A stretch of 63,442 nucleotides of DNA, counting the filler, from Babesia bigemina (taxonomy: Eukaryota): assembly GCF_000981445.1 (NCBI RefSeq). It is 6 parts of 6 records of this genome, joined end to end, with 100 filler letters (N's around TTAATTAATTAA, not from the genome) between each part and the next. Parts side by side here need not be neighbours in the genome. Positions count along the whole stretch, not along the records: positions 1 to 15,769 come from NW_012237310.1; positions 15,870 to 37,086 come from NW_012237312.1; 4 more parts are not named here. One strand, 5' to 3'. Positions within the stretch are counted from its first letter, which is position 1, and every line of letters begins with the position of its first letter. This document shows positions 9,224 to 19,300 of the stretch, piece by piece. Under the pieces are notes generated by a model, which was not told the DNA's origin, did not search any database, and worked only from the letters and a program-made list of their open reading frames with translations. Position numbers and translations under genes: made by a program.

Positions 9224-12200
9224 TTATGGTTGCAGATAAAACACCCTGTTAAGCTTGTTAACACGTGCGGCGGCAAGTAGTGATTGAGCAGCGATACGAT
9301 GACTCGAGGGACTATTCAAATGCGATTTGATGTGGAGGAGGTCTAGGCGGATGACCATGATGTGTATGAGGTAGAGGAGAGAGAGGAGCCAGAGGGCTAC
9401 ATTGAGCCAGAAGAATTTTTCTCTAATTTTCCAAAGGAAGTTCGGAATGGTGATATATGTCAAATCGCCAAGAACATTACCCTTTTTCAAAACCTTATTT
9501 AATGCGTTGCAGAAGTCTTGGCACGTTCGTTTCGTTTCCGGGCCATAGGTTCCGCTGAGGTTTGATTCGCTCTGAAATACAAATCCGTATTTGCATAATG
9601 TCGGACGTGTGAATGGGCACTGAGCAATTGACCTACAGTTTTTAGAATGAGTGGAGGTATGGGAAACTAAACAGTTCTGGTGACACGTCTTACCATGACA
9701 CCGTGATCCTGGGGTTTTGCAGTTTTTGCAACACTCTTCGTACAGCTTCTTGAGTAAATCGTAAAATGCTTCCGTGAGATAGACAATCCAAGTGAGATAT
9801 TTGTCGGCATTGACTTCGGAGAAAACTGTCCATATATTGTGGCCAAATGGCTGCATATACCGGCCGCATTCCATTTCAGTTTTGTTACCGTAATCGCACG
9901 TAAATAAACTATGCAGCTCACCGTTAACGTGATTACCGGTCTTGTGATCGCTGCCCTTAAATATCGTGGTTATATCCAAATCTGGATATGCTTCACCGAA
10001 ATGGGCCTTGCTGACGGCATCGTTAAAAGCATTGCTTTTATGCATATTGCGTTTGCTGTTATTACCATTCCAACCTTTAAGTAGATGGTAGTAGAATGAG
10101 AACATGTCGTCCAAGGTCCGCGGAGCTCGCTGTAACAAGCACGTAAGTGAGGCGCAGATTGCAGCCAAGGGTGTATTAGGTGTACCGCAGAAGGCTGCTA
10201 AAGCATCTGCGAGATGCGATCCTTTTTTTGTATGTGACGCCGTTACACTGATATCTGCAAAGCCCATTGGAGTTTTGCATGGTATGCCACGATGGTTTGG
10301 CGCTTCGCAAGTTAGTTTGCAATTGGGTGTTTTGAAGGGGTGAGGGAGAAACCCAGGCAGACCATCCTCCAAGAATGACTGCAGAGGCGACTTTATGCCA
10401 CACTTCGGGTGTTGCTCACACGTTTGGTCAGCGTTTTGGTTACACTTTTGGGCACCTCTTTGGTTGGCAATTAGGTCAGCGCATTGTATCTCATTGCACT
10501 CCCATGACGAACCGCCCACGTGCCGACCATAATAACAATCACGCCACGATACAGCGTTTGATGCACGATGACACTGAACGTATATGAAGTAGAGTTGATT
10601 ATATAGTCTAATCAGTATTTCTATGCATAGGTCTAGACACTTTGACGGATTACTTGGATATGACAACTTGTCCGGGTTCGTATTGAAATCACAGGCGTAA
10701 CGACCACCTGCGTGTCCGTGGCCTAGTATTGCACACAATACCTCATACGAATGATGGCATACCTCCATAAGTGTGGTCGAGAGATTTGCAACGCTGACTT
10801 CATGTGGATAAGCTGGCAATGCGTCGGCGGTGTCGTCATCGAAGGATACGTCCTCACTGTCAGCTGGCGCAGAGTGTTCAGGCTTTTCGAAAAAATCGCT
10901 AAATGCGTTAAGCGATAGTTGCGGGTACACCGGATTATACGTAAGCCCGCAGAGCCATGAGAGCATCTGGTAGATGTTGCATGGCAGCTTAGATGACTGT
11001 ACAGTTGGTAGGTGACAGACCATATAATATTGGTTGACGTGTTGGATGATGCAAGTAATAATGCCAACTATATTGAATCTATTTTGCGATTCTTTGCCTC
11101 GGCAATCCTTGAGATGCACATTATAGTGGGCGTCTTGAATATTCGTATTAAGGTTACGAAGTATGTGCCTGCCCATCATGCCAACAGAGCATTGCAACTC
11201 ACCGTCCTGATTGCTGTTGGCGGATGGTATCTTATAGCCGCGTGACAGAAAGAAGTCCCCCAGAGGGTTACCTCTCGCATCAGAGGTTTCGTATATTTTT
11301 CGTCCTTTCCACTCTGCTTGCTCCGTGCACTGCTTATGCAACTCGGTCAAATCATCGCAAATCACTTTAAAAATAGACATACAAACTTTCGCAGCATGAC
11401 GGCTCTCTTCCGTTTCTTTGTTAGCAAACAGTTCGTCCCAACTAATTTGTTTCGCACCGTCATACGTAGAGATGTATGTCTTTCTCAGTTCGCCAATCAA
11501 GCCGCCCAGCCCGCTGGTGATTCCGTCGAGAATGGCGCTGTTCGGGTTAGAGAACCCCTGTGGAGTTAGGTCACTAACCGCCGATTCCAGTGAGTCAAGC
11601 AGGCCGGGGATTTGGCAGTCGTACTTGTTTTTGTCGGTGACGTGAGTGAGTAGCGCGTTGAGCGATTCGGTGATTTTAGATAGACCAGTTAAGTATGGTT
11701 GCGGATCCTCACTTTTAGGGTTTCTCTTATTGTTTTCGTTTGTTACTCTTTTGATCTCCTTGTTGAGATAATCGTGCATTGGTTGCCAAGAAGCGTTGAA
11801 TGCGTACGATAAATCTTGCAGTCTCTTTGCATCATTTTGGCCCTCAAGCAACTTAATGTTCCTATCATTGTCACCAGCGAATGCCTCCATGAACCCTTTA
11901 AATCCGATATGCATATCCTTTTCAATGGCCTCGGGTAGGTTGGTGAGTTCGGCGGTAACCTTGGCGGCAAAGGCGTCGAGTAGCAATCGCATGGTAGTAA
12001 CATAATGTTTTCGCGTCTGAGTTGTAAGTGCTCTACTTACGTTGTCGACTTGATTCTCAACTACATTCTTTATCACAGTGATAGCACCCTCGCCGGCATC
12101 GTCGGCCTCTCTACTAACAAAGGTGTGAGACAACTCAATTGCTAATGGCAAATTAACGCTTTGCAAAGTGTTGATCTGCTTTTTAATTTTTTTGAGCTGT

Positions 12201-14788
12201 ACTCCGATATTCGTATTTCTCAAATCTTGTAAAATACCCATGGCATTGCCGCCTGCATTCGTTATATTTGCACTCAGTTCTGCGAATCTACCGAGCACAT
12301 CAGCGGCATGATCTCTTATCGCGTTTTTGGACTCTTCGGCTTGTTGAATAATACTACTGATTTCGTCTTTAAGAGGTTTAAGTTTGTCTTGAACGATTGC
12401 AGTGACTGCCTCCTGAAGATTTCCCATACCGTTAATTACAGCGCCATTAACTAGATCTAAAAGTTTTTCGTTGAAATCACCTGCAATAGATCTATCTTTC
12501 ATTGATGATGTAACGTTGGTGCCGATGAGTTGAACAAATCTTTCCCATCCCACAGCGTTATCTTTTTTTACGGAATTAAGATAGTACAATAAAATTTCAA
12601 AGCAATAACCCAGACCCCCCTTCTCTGTGTCAGATTTTGCCGTTGTGAACAACAATCCGAATGTGCCAAGTTTACCTTTTATATCCTCTCCCAAATGATC
12701 AATCATAGCGTTGAGCCCGGGTGTCGTCGTGCGACTGAAATTATCCGCCTTCTGGATCCCTGCCTCCAAAGCCTCCTTCACATACTTCAGATAATTCTCA
12801 ACGTTTGTATGTATTGCTTTGGTGAGCCCTTCTATTTCATTTTTCAATCCCCATTCATCCGTTTTCTTAAATCCTTCCAAGCTCTTCGGCTCATTAACCT
12901 TATTTTCCGCATCATCTAGCATATGTATCACGCATTCCTCATCATTTCCATCTCCACTCTTCCCTTTAATTAGCTTAAATAGCTTTTCGTATTCAGACTT
13001 AGCAGATTCAAAGTGCCTATGTAGCAATCCGGCTTCCGTCTGAATCAAGTCAGCAGTTGTTTTAATCCTTTCAGCGCTCATGCTTCCAGTGCCATCAATG
13101 TCTCCTAATATGACTGCAACCTTACGTAGAGCTTCATCCAAGATTCTCTGCGCATCTTCCATCCACGTTGCTAAATTGTACACGTACTGCTGCATATTAT
13201 GTTCAACTTCAATGAGCTTATCCCTAATTTTAGTAACCAGCGATTTCAAATGCTTCACCAACGATCTTACTTGCATCTCAATTTCCTCATTTATCTGTTT
13301 TTTTAGCTCGCTTAACATTTTCTTTACCAAAGCGCTCATCTCCTCCAACTCCTTTTTTTCTTTGGTTGACAACTCACTGAGGCGCTTAATTTCATGCTCA
13401 ATACAGTCTTTCACATCATATACTTTTAACATTAGAGTATGATTTAGGTCATTTACGTTATCCTTGTTTTCATTTATGGCTCCGCAAAAATCTTTTGCTT
13501 TCCCAAGACATGCCTCCGCCAGATCGGTCGCCGCCTTGACCTGATTATCCTCATTATCAGGGTCGGCAGATACACTTTTGACTTCAATCGTCTCAAACGT
13601 GTTATTAAATTCACTTTCAATATAATCATGAAATATTTTTATAGGCGTACTTACATTTTCATTTGACCTCTTCACCTTCTCATTATACCTCCCCACCCCT
13701 TCGACCACACTTCCAATCGCAACATTAAAACCTTTTTTACCAAGGTGTTTATTGGTGTTAAGAGTGTTAATTGCATCTGTAATTGTCTCTTTATGCTGCC
13801 CTAAATGCTTGTAGATGTTACTGAGAACACCACTCAAAAATCCCATCACCCCGTCACACAGCCTGTCAAGGTCAGAGTACACAATCCCCTGGCCGTCGTA
13901 GCCTTTGGAAGTCTTATCGTAACCAAGAAAAGTCTGAAGGCCGTCACATAAATTATCTAAGAGATTTTTAGGCTCATTTGAAGGCTTACTAACATTAACA
14001 TAAAATCCACAAAGCTTCTCCACTTCCTTCAAAGCCTGCAACTTGGACTGCAATTTGGCTGACTCAGCAGAGGGAGAGGGGGAAGAAAGAAGATTATTAG
14101 GAAGGTTATTTGGCTTATTAAGGCTATTAATATGCTGTTCAGTTTCAGTAATTTCTTGGTTAACTCGCTCACTAAGCTTCTCAATTTCACCGGTGTCATC
14201 AGCCTGGTCAGCAGAGTTGACAGACTCAGAAAGGTTAGTAACATAAGAAGAGTAAAGATGTTTTAGGTCATTTTTAAGGTCTTTATTAGTGTCAAAAACA
14301 ACGATAATAGCATTCTCAACGGCTTTCTTAACACTCTCACTCTCACCAACAAAAGCGCCAAGCTGTCCAGCCAGGTGACCAAGCTGGACAATCTTCTCTT
14401 CAACAGACTTCAAGGCAGGAGATGGAGGATGTTTTTTGTGAGCATTTATACAATCTTCTAGACATGTTTTATAGAAGTTAATACTATGATTATCTGGGAT
14501 ATTTTCAACGGTTTTTTTGGATTCTTTGAATTTTTTCTCAGCCTCGTCATGCAGTCTCTGGTAGTACTGACAGTAAGTCTCCTTATCAGAGTATTTGAAG
14601 GGGCATTCAAGTTTATCTTTTTCGGCTTTAAGGGACTTTTCAGCCTTCTCAATAGCCTCCTCAATCAACTTTTTCAAAGCTTGAGACAACTGGTCAAGAC
14701 CATCACCACCATCACCATTCCCATACCTAACCTGGATCAACCAGTCGATGGACTCAGTCAGAAGGGGAGGTGAAGGGGGACAAGGCAC
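9224..14788 (-). CDS. ves1: VESA1/ves1-like cassette 2; lacks the MAPKKLTDCPENLR-type start (ORF-track start is GTG; first in-frame ATG at 13846)
   Basis: ESIDWLIQVR N-terminal motif, GIVYSDLDRLCDGVM, SPLQSFLEDGLPGFLPH, TM segment and conserved tail. Confidence 0.87.
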   Translation of the reverse strand: MPCPPSPPLLTESIDWLIQVRYGNGDGGDGLDQLSQALKKLIEEAIEKAEKSLKAEKDKLECPFKYSDKETYCQYYQRLHDEAEKKFKESKKTVENIPDNHSINFYKTCLEDCINAHKKHPPSPALKSVEEKIVQLGHLAGQLGAFVGESESVKKAVENAIIVVFDTNKDLKNDLKHLYSSYVTNLSESVNSADQADDTGEIEKLSERVNQEITETEQHINSLNKPNNLPNNLLSSPSPSAESAKLQSKLQALKEVEKLCGFYVNVSKPSNEPKNLLDNLCDGLQTFLGYDKTSKGYDGQGIVYSDLDRLCDGVMGFLSGVLSNIYKHLGQHKETITDAINTLNTNKHLGKKGFNVAIGSVVEGVGRYNEKVKRSNENVSTPIKIFHDYIESEFNNTFETIEVKSVSADPDNEDNQVKAATDLAEACLGKAKDFCGAINENKDNVNDLNHTLMLKVYDVKDCIEHEIKRLSELSTKEKKELEEMSALVKKMLSELKKQINEEIEMQVRSLVKHLKSLVTKIRDKLIEVEHNMQQYVYNLATWMEDAQRILDEALRKVAVILGDIDGTGSMSAERIKTTADLIQTEAGLLHRHFESAKSEYEKLFKLIKGKSGDGNDEECVIHMLDDAENKVNEPKSLEGFKKTDEWGLKNEIEGLTKAIHTNVENYLKYVKEALEAGIQKADNFSRTTTPGLNAMIDHLGEDIKGKLGTFGLLFTTAKSDTEKGGLGYCFEILLYYLNSVKKDNAVGWERFVQLIGTNVTSSMKDRSIAGDFNEKLLDLVNGAVINGMGNLQEAVTAIVQDKLKPLKDEISSIIQQAEESKNAIRDHAADVLGRFAELSANITNAGGNAMGILQDLRNTNIGVQLKKIKKQINTLQSVNLPLAIELSHTFVSREADDAGEGAITVIKNVVENQVDNVSRALTTQTRKHYVTTMRLLLDAFAAKVTAELTNLPEAIEKDMHIGFKGFMEAFAGDNDRNIKLLEGQNDAKRLQDLSYAFNASWQPMHDYLNKEIKRVTNENNKRNPKSEDPQPYLTGLSKITESLNALLTHVTDKNKYDCQIPGLLDSLESAVSDLTPQGFSNPNSAILDGITSGLGGLIGELRKTYISTYDGAKQISWDELFANKETEESRHAAKVCMSIFKVICDDLTELHKQCTEQAEWKGRKIYETSDARGNPLGDFFLSRGYKIPSANSNQDGELQCSVGMMGRHILRNLNTNIQDAHYNVHLKDCRGKESQNRFNIVGIITCIIQHVNQYYMVCHLPTVQSSKLPCNIYQMLSWLCGLTYNPVYPQLSLNAFSDFFEKPEHSAPADSEDVSFDDDTADALPAYPHEVSVANLSTTLMEVCHHSYEVLCAILGHGHAGGRYACDFNTNPDKLSYPSNPSKCLDLCIEILIRLYNQLYFIYVQCHRASNAVSWRDCYYGRHVGGSSWECNEIQCADLIANQRGAQKCNQNADQTCEQHPKCGIKSPLQSFLEDGLPGFLPHPFKTPNCKLTCEAPNHRGIPCKTPMGFADISVTASHTKKGSHLADALAAFCGTPNTPLAAICASLTCLLQRAPRTLDDMFSFYYHLLKGWNGNNSKRNMHKSNAFNDAVSKAHFGEAYPDLDITTIFKGSDHKTGNHVNGELHSLFTCDYGNKTEMECGRYMQPFGHNIWTVFSEVNADKYLTWIVYLTEAFYDLLKKLYEECCKNCKTPGSRCHGKTCHQNCLVSHTSTHSKNCRSIAQCPFTRPTLCKYGFVFQSESNLSGTYGPETKRTCQDFCNALNKVLKKGNVLGDLTYITIPNFLWKIREKFFWLNVALWLLSLLYLIHIMVIRLDLLHIKSHLNSPSSHRIAAQSLLAAARVNKLNRVFYLQP

Positions 14789-14844
14789 AAGTTTTTATTG
14801 TGGTTTAAAGAGGTCATAGCGGTAATATGGCGAGGTGATTCGAG
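14789..14844 (-). other. Conserved cassette leader (short type)
   Basis: CGAATCACCTCGCCATATTACCGCTATGACCTCTTTAAACCAC... joins the array to the ves frame; the leader ATG is out of frame and stops. Confidence 0.75.
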
Positions 14845-15769
14845 GGATGTAGAGTGGGTTAAGGGGCGATGTAGAGTGGGTAAGGGAGCGATGTGGAGTG
14901 GGTTAAGGGGCGATGTAGAGTGGGTTAAGGGGCGATGTAGAGTGGTTTAAGGGGCGATGTAGAGTGGGTTAGGGAGCGATGTAGAGTGGGTTAGGGAGCG
15001 ATGTAGAGTGGGTTAGGGAGCGATGTAGAGTGGATAAGGGAGCGATGTAGAGTGGGTTAAGGGGCGATGTAGAGTGGGTTAAGGGGCGATGTAGAGTGGG
15101 TTAAGGAGCGATGTAGAGTGGATAAAGGAGCGATGTAGAGTGGGTTAAGGGGCGATGTGGAGTGGGTTAGGGAGCGATGTAGAGTGGGTTAGGCAGCGAT
15201 GTGGAGTGGATAAGGGGCGATGTAGAGTGGGTTAGGGAGCGATGTAGAGTGGGTTAAGGGGCGATGTAGAGTGGGTTAGGGAGCGATGTAGAGTGGGTTA
15301 GGGAGCGATGTAGAGTGGATAAGGGGCGATGTAGAGTGGGTTAGGGAGCGATGTAAGGTGGGTTAGGGAGCGATGTAGAGTGGATTAGGGAGCGATGTAG
15401 AGTGGATTAGGGAGCGATGTAAGGTGGGTTAGGGAGCGATGTAGGGAGGGTAAAGGAGCGATGTAGGGAGGGTAAATAGGCGATGTAGAGTGGGTTAGGG
15501 AGCGATGTGGAGTGGGTTAAGGGGCGATGTAGAGTGGATAAAGGGGCGATGTGGAGTGGATAAAGGGGCGATGTAGTGTGGGTAAAGGGGCGATTAGAGG
15601 AGGTTAAGGAGCGATGTAGAGTGGATAAAGGAGCGACGTAGAGTGGGTAAAGGGGCGATGTGGAGTGGATAAAGGAGCGATGTGGAGTGGATAAAGGGGC
15701 GATGTAGAGTGGATAAAGGGGCGATGTAGAGTGGGTTAGGGAGCGACGTAGAGTGGGTAAAGGGGCGAT
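14845..15769. repeat. 22-bp G-rich tandem array running into a gap
   Basis: Same unit as 6807-8398, rich in GGGTTAGGG variants. Confidence 0.95.
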
Positions 15770-15869
15770 NNNNNNNNNNNNNNNNNNNNNNNNNNNNNNN
15801 NNNNNNNNNNNNNTTAATTAATTAANNNNNNNNNNNNNNNNNNNNNNNNNNNNNNNNNNNNNNNNNNNN
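15770..15869. other. Artificial contig linker N44-TTAATTAATTAA-N44
   Basis: Exactly 100 bp with a six-frame stop core; occurs five times. Confidence 0.98.
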
Positions 15870-16174
15870 CTTTATCCACAATACATCGATCCTTTACCCA
15901 CCTTACATCGCTCCCTAACCCACTCTACATCGCTCCTTAACCCACCTTACATCGCCCCTTTATCCACTCTACATCGCTCCTTTATCCACTCTACATCGCC
16001 CCTTTATCCACTCTACACCGCCCCTTAACCCACTCTACATCGCCTTTTAACCCACTCTACATCGCCCCTTAACCCACTCCACATCGCTCCCTAACCCACT
16101 CTACATCGCTCCCTAACCCACTCTACATCGCTCCTCTATTCACTCCACATCGCTCCTTTATCCACTCCACATCC
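15870..16174. repeat. 22-bp array (C-rich on + strand)
   Basis: (CATCGCYCCTTAACCCACTCTA)n. Confidence 0.93.
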
Positions 16175-16361
16175 CTCGAATTACCTCGCCATAATACCGC
16201 TATGACTTCTATAAACCATGCCCATAACTTGTGCCTTGTCACCCTTCACTTCCCTCTTTCACCTCGTCCACTGCCATGTCCCATCGTGTTCACCCTAAGT
16301 CCAAATCACTCGAATTAACTCGTCTTATTAACGCTATGACCTCCATAAATCATTATAATAA
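16175..16361 (+). other. Conserved cassette leader (long type)
   Basis: CTCGAATTACCTCGCCATAATACCGCTATGAC... ending in TAA TAA in the ves frame. Confidence 0.75.
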
Positions 16362-19300
16362 CTTGCTGATACTGACCATTCTCCTAGTGAGGATGCTACT
16401 AAGAAAGCCTTGCAGGACATTGACTCCAAGCTCATTAGCCTTGGTGAACTGGCTGGTCAACTTGGAGGATTTGTTGGTGACAGTGAGAGTGTTAAGAAAG
16501 CCGTTGTGAATGCTATTATCGCTGTTTTTGACACTAATCCGCACCTTAAAAATGACCTTAAACATCTTTACTCTCCTTATGTTACTAACCTTTCTGTGTC
16601 TGTCAACTCTGCTGGCCAGGCTGATGACACCAAGATAATTAGTGAGCTTAAAGATAAAGTTACTAGTCAAATTACTGAAACTAAAAGACTAATTGATAAC
16701 CTTAATAACCATCTTAATCCCTCTCTCTCTTCCCCCTCTCCCTCTGCTGACCCAGCCAAATTGCAGTCCAAGTTGGAGGCTTTGAGGAAAGTGGAGGAGC
16801 TTTGTGGATTTTTGACTAATCCTAAAAATGCGTCAAATGATCCTAAAAAGCTCTTAGATAATTTATGTGACGGCCTCGAAACCTTTCTCGGCTTCAACTC
16901 TGCTTCCAAAGGCTACGATGGCGCTGGCATTGTGTACTCCGACTTGGATAGGCTGTGTGACGGGGTGATGGGATTTTTGAGTGGTGTTCTCAGTAACATC
17001 AAAGAGCATTTAGGGCAGCATAAAGAGCAAATTACAGAAGCTATTAAGTCACTTGAGACCAATAAACACCTTGGTAAAAAAGGTTTTAATGATGCGATTG
17101 GAAAGGTGGTCGCAGGGGTGCGGGGGTATAATAAGGAAGTTAAAAAGTCTAATAATAACGTTAGATATCCTATAGATAAACTACTAAAAGATCTCGAAAA
17201 TGACGGTACGTTTGATAAAGCTTACAAAAAAATTTATGCTGAGTCGGTTACTGGCAATCCTGAGGACGGCCAGGTGAAGGCTGCTGACAACCTGGCCGAG
17301 CAGTCACTAAAATTAGCCCGTGATTTCTTAGGCGCTTTGCACGAATCAGAAGAACGTGACAAGGCAGTGAGTGATCTTAATCATGATTGCAGAAACAACG
17401 TTAATAATGCGCGCAAAATCATTAAGCACGAACATGATAGGCTTCAAATGAACTTTGGAAATGAGAGTAATGCATCGAGAAATATGGTAGAAGCAGTTAT
17501 TAAAGAAATTACCGGTATGAATGCAAATGTTAATAAGCAGATAGACGAGAAGGTAGCACCATTGATTAACGAGTTAAAGAAGAAGATGCAAGAATTCTTA
17601 GAGCAGGTGGAAAATGGTCCAAAGAAAGATCTAGGTCGGTGGCTTAAAGAAGAAACAGAGACGACGGATCAAGGTAAAAAGTCAAAGAAAGACGCTTTTG
17701 CAGCATCTAGGGATAAAGTGTATGCAGGGGTTGAAAATTTCGAAACGAACTATCACGACATTCATCCACAACTTGAAGCTATTAAAGGGATTGTTCAGAA
17801 AAGTAACAGCACCGAAAAACTTGAGGAATCAGTTGCGAAGATTACCTCGGCAGTGAAAGACGTCGGTGAGCAGCTTGGACTCCAAGTCAAGAGTCTGGAA
17901 CACTGGAGGACTACGGCGCTAGAAGTTGTTAAAGTAGCATTGAAAAGAGTTGATGAAATTGTTAATAAGCTGGATGGTAAGAAGGCAGATCAAGAAGCAG
18001 AGAATAGTGAGAGAGATGAGGTTACTAAGGCAGCTGGCGAATTGAAGGACCAAGCATTGAAGCTTATGACGGCTATAACGGAGGCAACAGGTAAGTTGAG
18101 TACCGGCATTGCAACAGCTGGCCGAGCAGTTACTGATCTGGATGATGCGTTAAAAAAATCTCTGCATTCGCTGAAAACTAGAATAAAGACAACGATTTCG
18201 CAGTATATTGGGAAGTTGTCTGGTGCTCTCGATGCGGGTATGCAGAGTACTAGAGGTTATAGCGGCACAGCAGGTTTCAGTGCTTTCATGAGTAATTTCA
18301 ACAGTGAGCATCCGATAAGTCCAAAAACCGAGTTTGGAAAACGGCTTCAGGAGGTTGGGCGTAATAACATCAAACTTGCAAGAGGCATTCATACAGCTCT
18401 AATAGAACTAAATAACGAGAAATCTCAGTGGAGCAGGATCACTCCCGGATCGAATGAACTTCAGTCTGCAATTAGCAAAGATCTTCAGGATAGTGTCGAC
18501 AAAGAGTTGCCAGATGCTGAGGACGACGAGAAAGTTCTACTTACCAGTCTTGTTAGTTACAGCGCAACGGGCGCCACGGGTTCTAAGCAATGGCTTGAGA
18601 AATCTATCAGCAGTATGCAGGAAAGTGTAAAAGGTAAGCTTGACAACATAGTATATCCCGAAAAAACAGGCAAAATGATAACCGCACATATGATCACAAC
18701 GACCCATCATGAACTGAATATTAAGTTCAAAAGCTTCATTCGTGCCGTCACAAATATTATCAAGAAGGATCCTCATATGGGAAGCAATGAGCATCTCAAT
18801 TACGACTTGAGAAAACTTAATGCTATGCTAGATGGTAAAGAATCTATATACGGCATTAACAACCATTTGAATACGATTCATACTGCACTAAGTGCTATAC
18901 ATAAAAAGGAGTTTGGTGAACAATTATCGAACAGCAGTGTGTATGGCGCCATTTCTGTCGTCACGGATAAAGTTATAATGCTTGAGAAAGCGTCAACTGC
19001 CACTGATACACCGGATGGGAATCTCATGAAGCTTGTTGGCAGTTTACCGAAAGACATGAGGTCCCTTAACAACTGCATTAATACGGTGATCGAAGTTGTT
19101 GAAAATGCAGATAAGCAATTACAGCAATGGATTACAAACGTAGGTGTATATATAGCTACAATGGACAAGACAGGCCACGATTTCGCCGATGGTCTCAAAG
19201 AATTCGTTGATGTATCAATGTCTTATGCCAAGAACATTATTACAACTGACATCCAAAAAGGCTACGTGCGTTCCGTCAAAAGACAACTTAAATATTTCGC

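Noticed and set aside
14753..14788. Short GT...AG intron that would supply a start to cassette 2
   Set aside because: The AG is absent in the near-identical cassette 6 leader (GACTGACTCC), and an in-frame TAA lies just upstream of the would-be donor.
14845..15769. True telomere
   Set aside because: GGGTTAGGG is embedded in a 22-bp unit, and complete arrays elsewhere are internal, between genes.
15770..15869. Palindromic TTAATTAATTAA (contains a PacI site) as a biological element
   Set aside because: It lies inside N runs, identically five times; it is an assembly spacer and the source of the false XXXLIN ORF ends.
14788..16410. Head-to-head ves pair resembling the B. bovis bidirectional active locus
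   Set aside because: The two genes are separated by an artificial linker, so their relative orientation and adjacency are unsupported.
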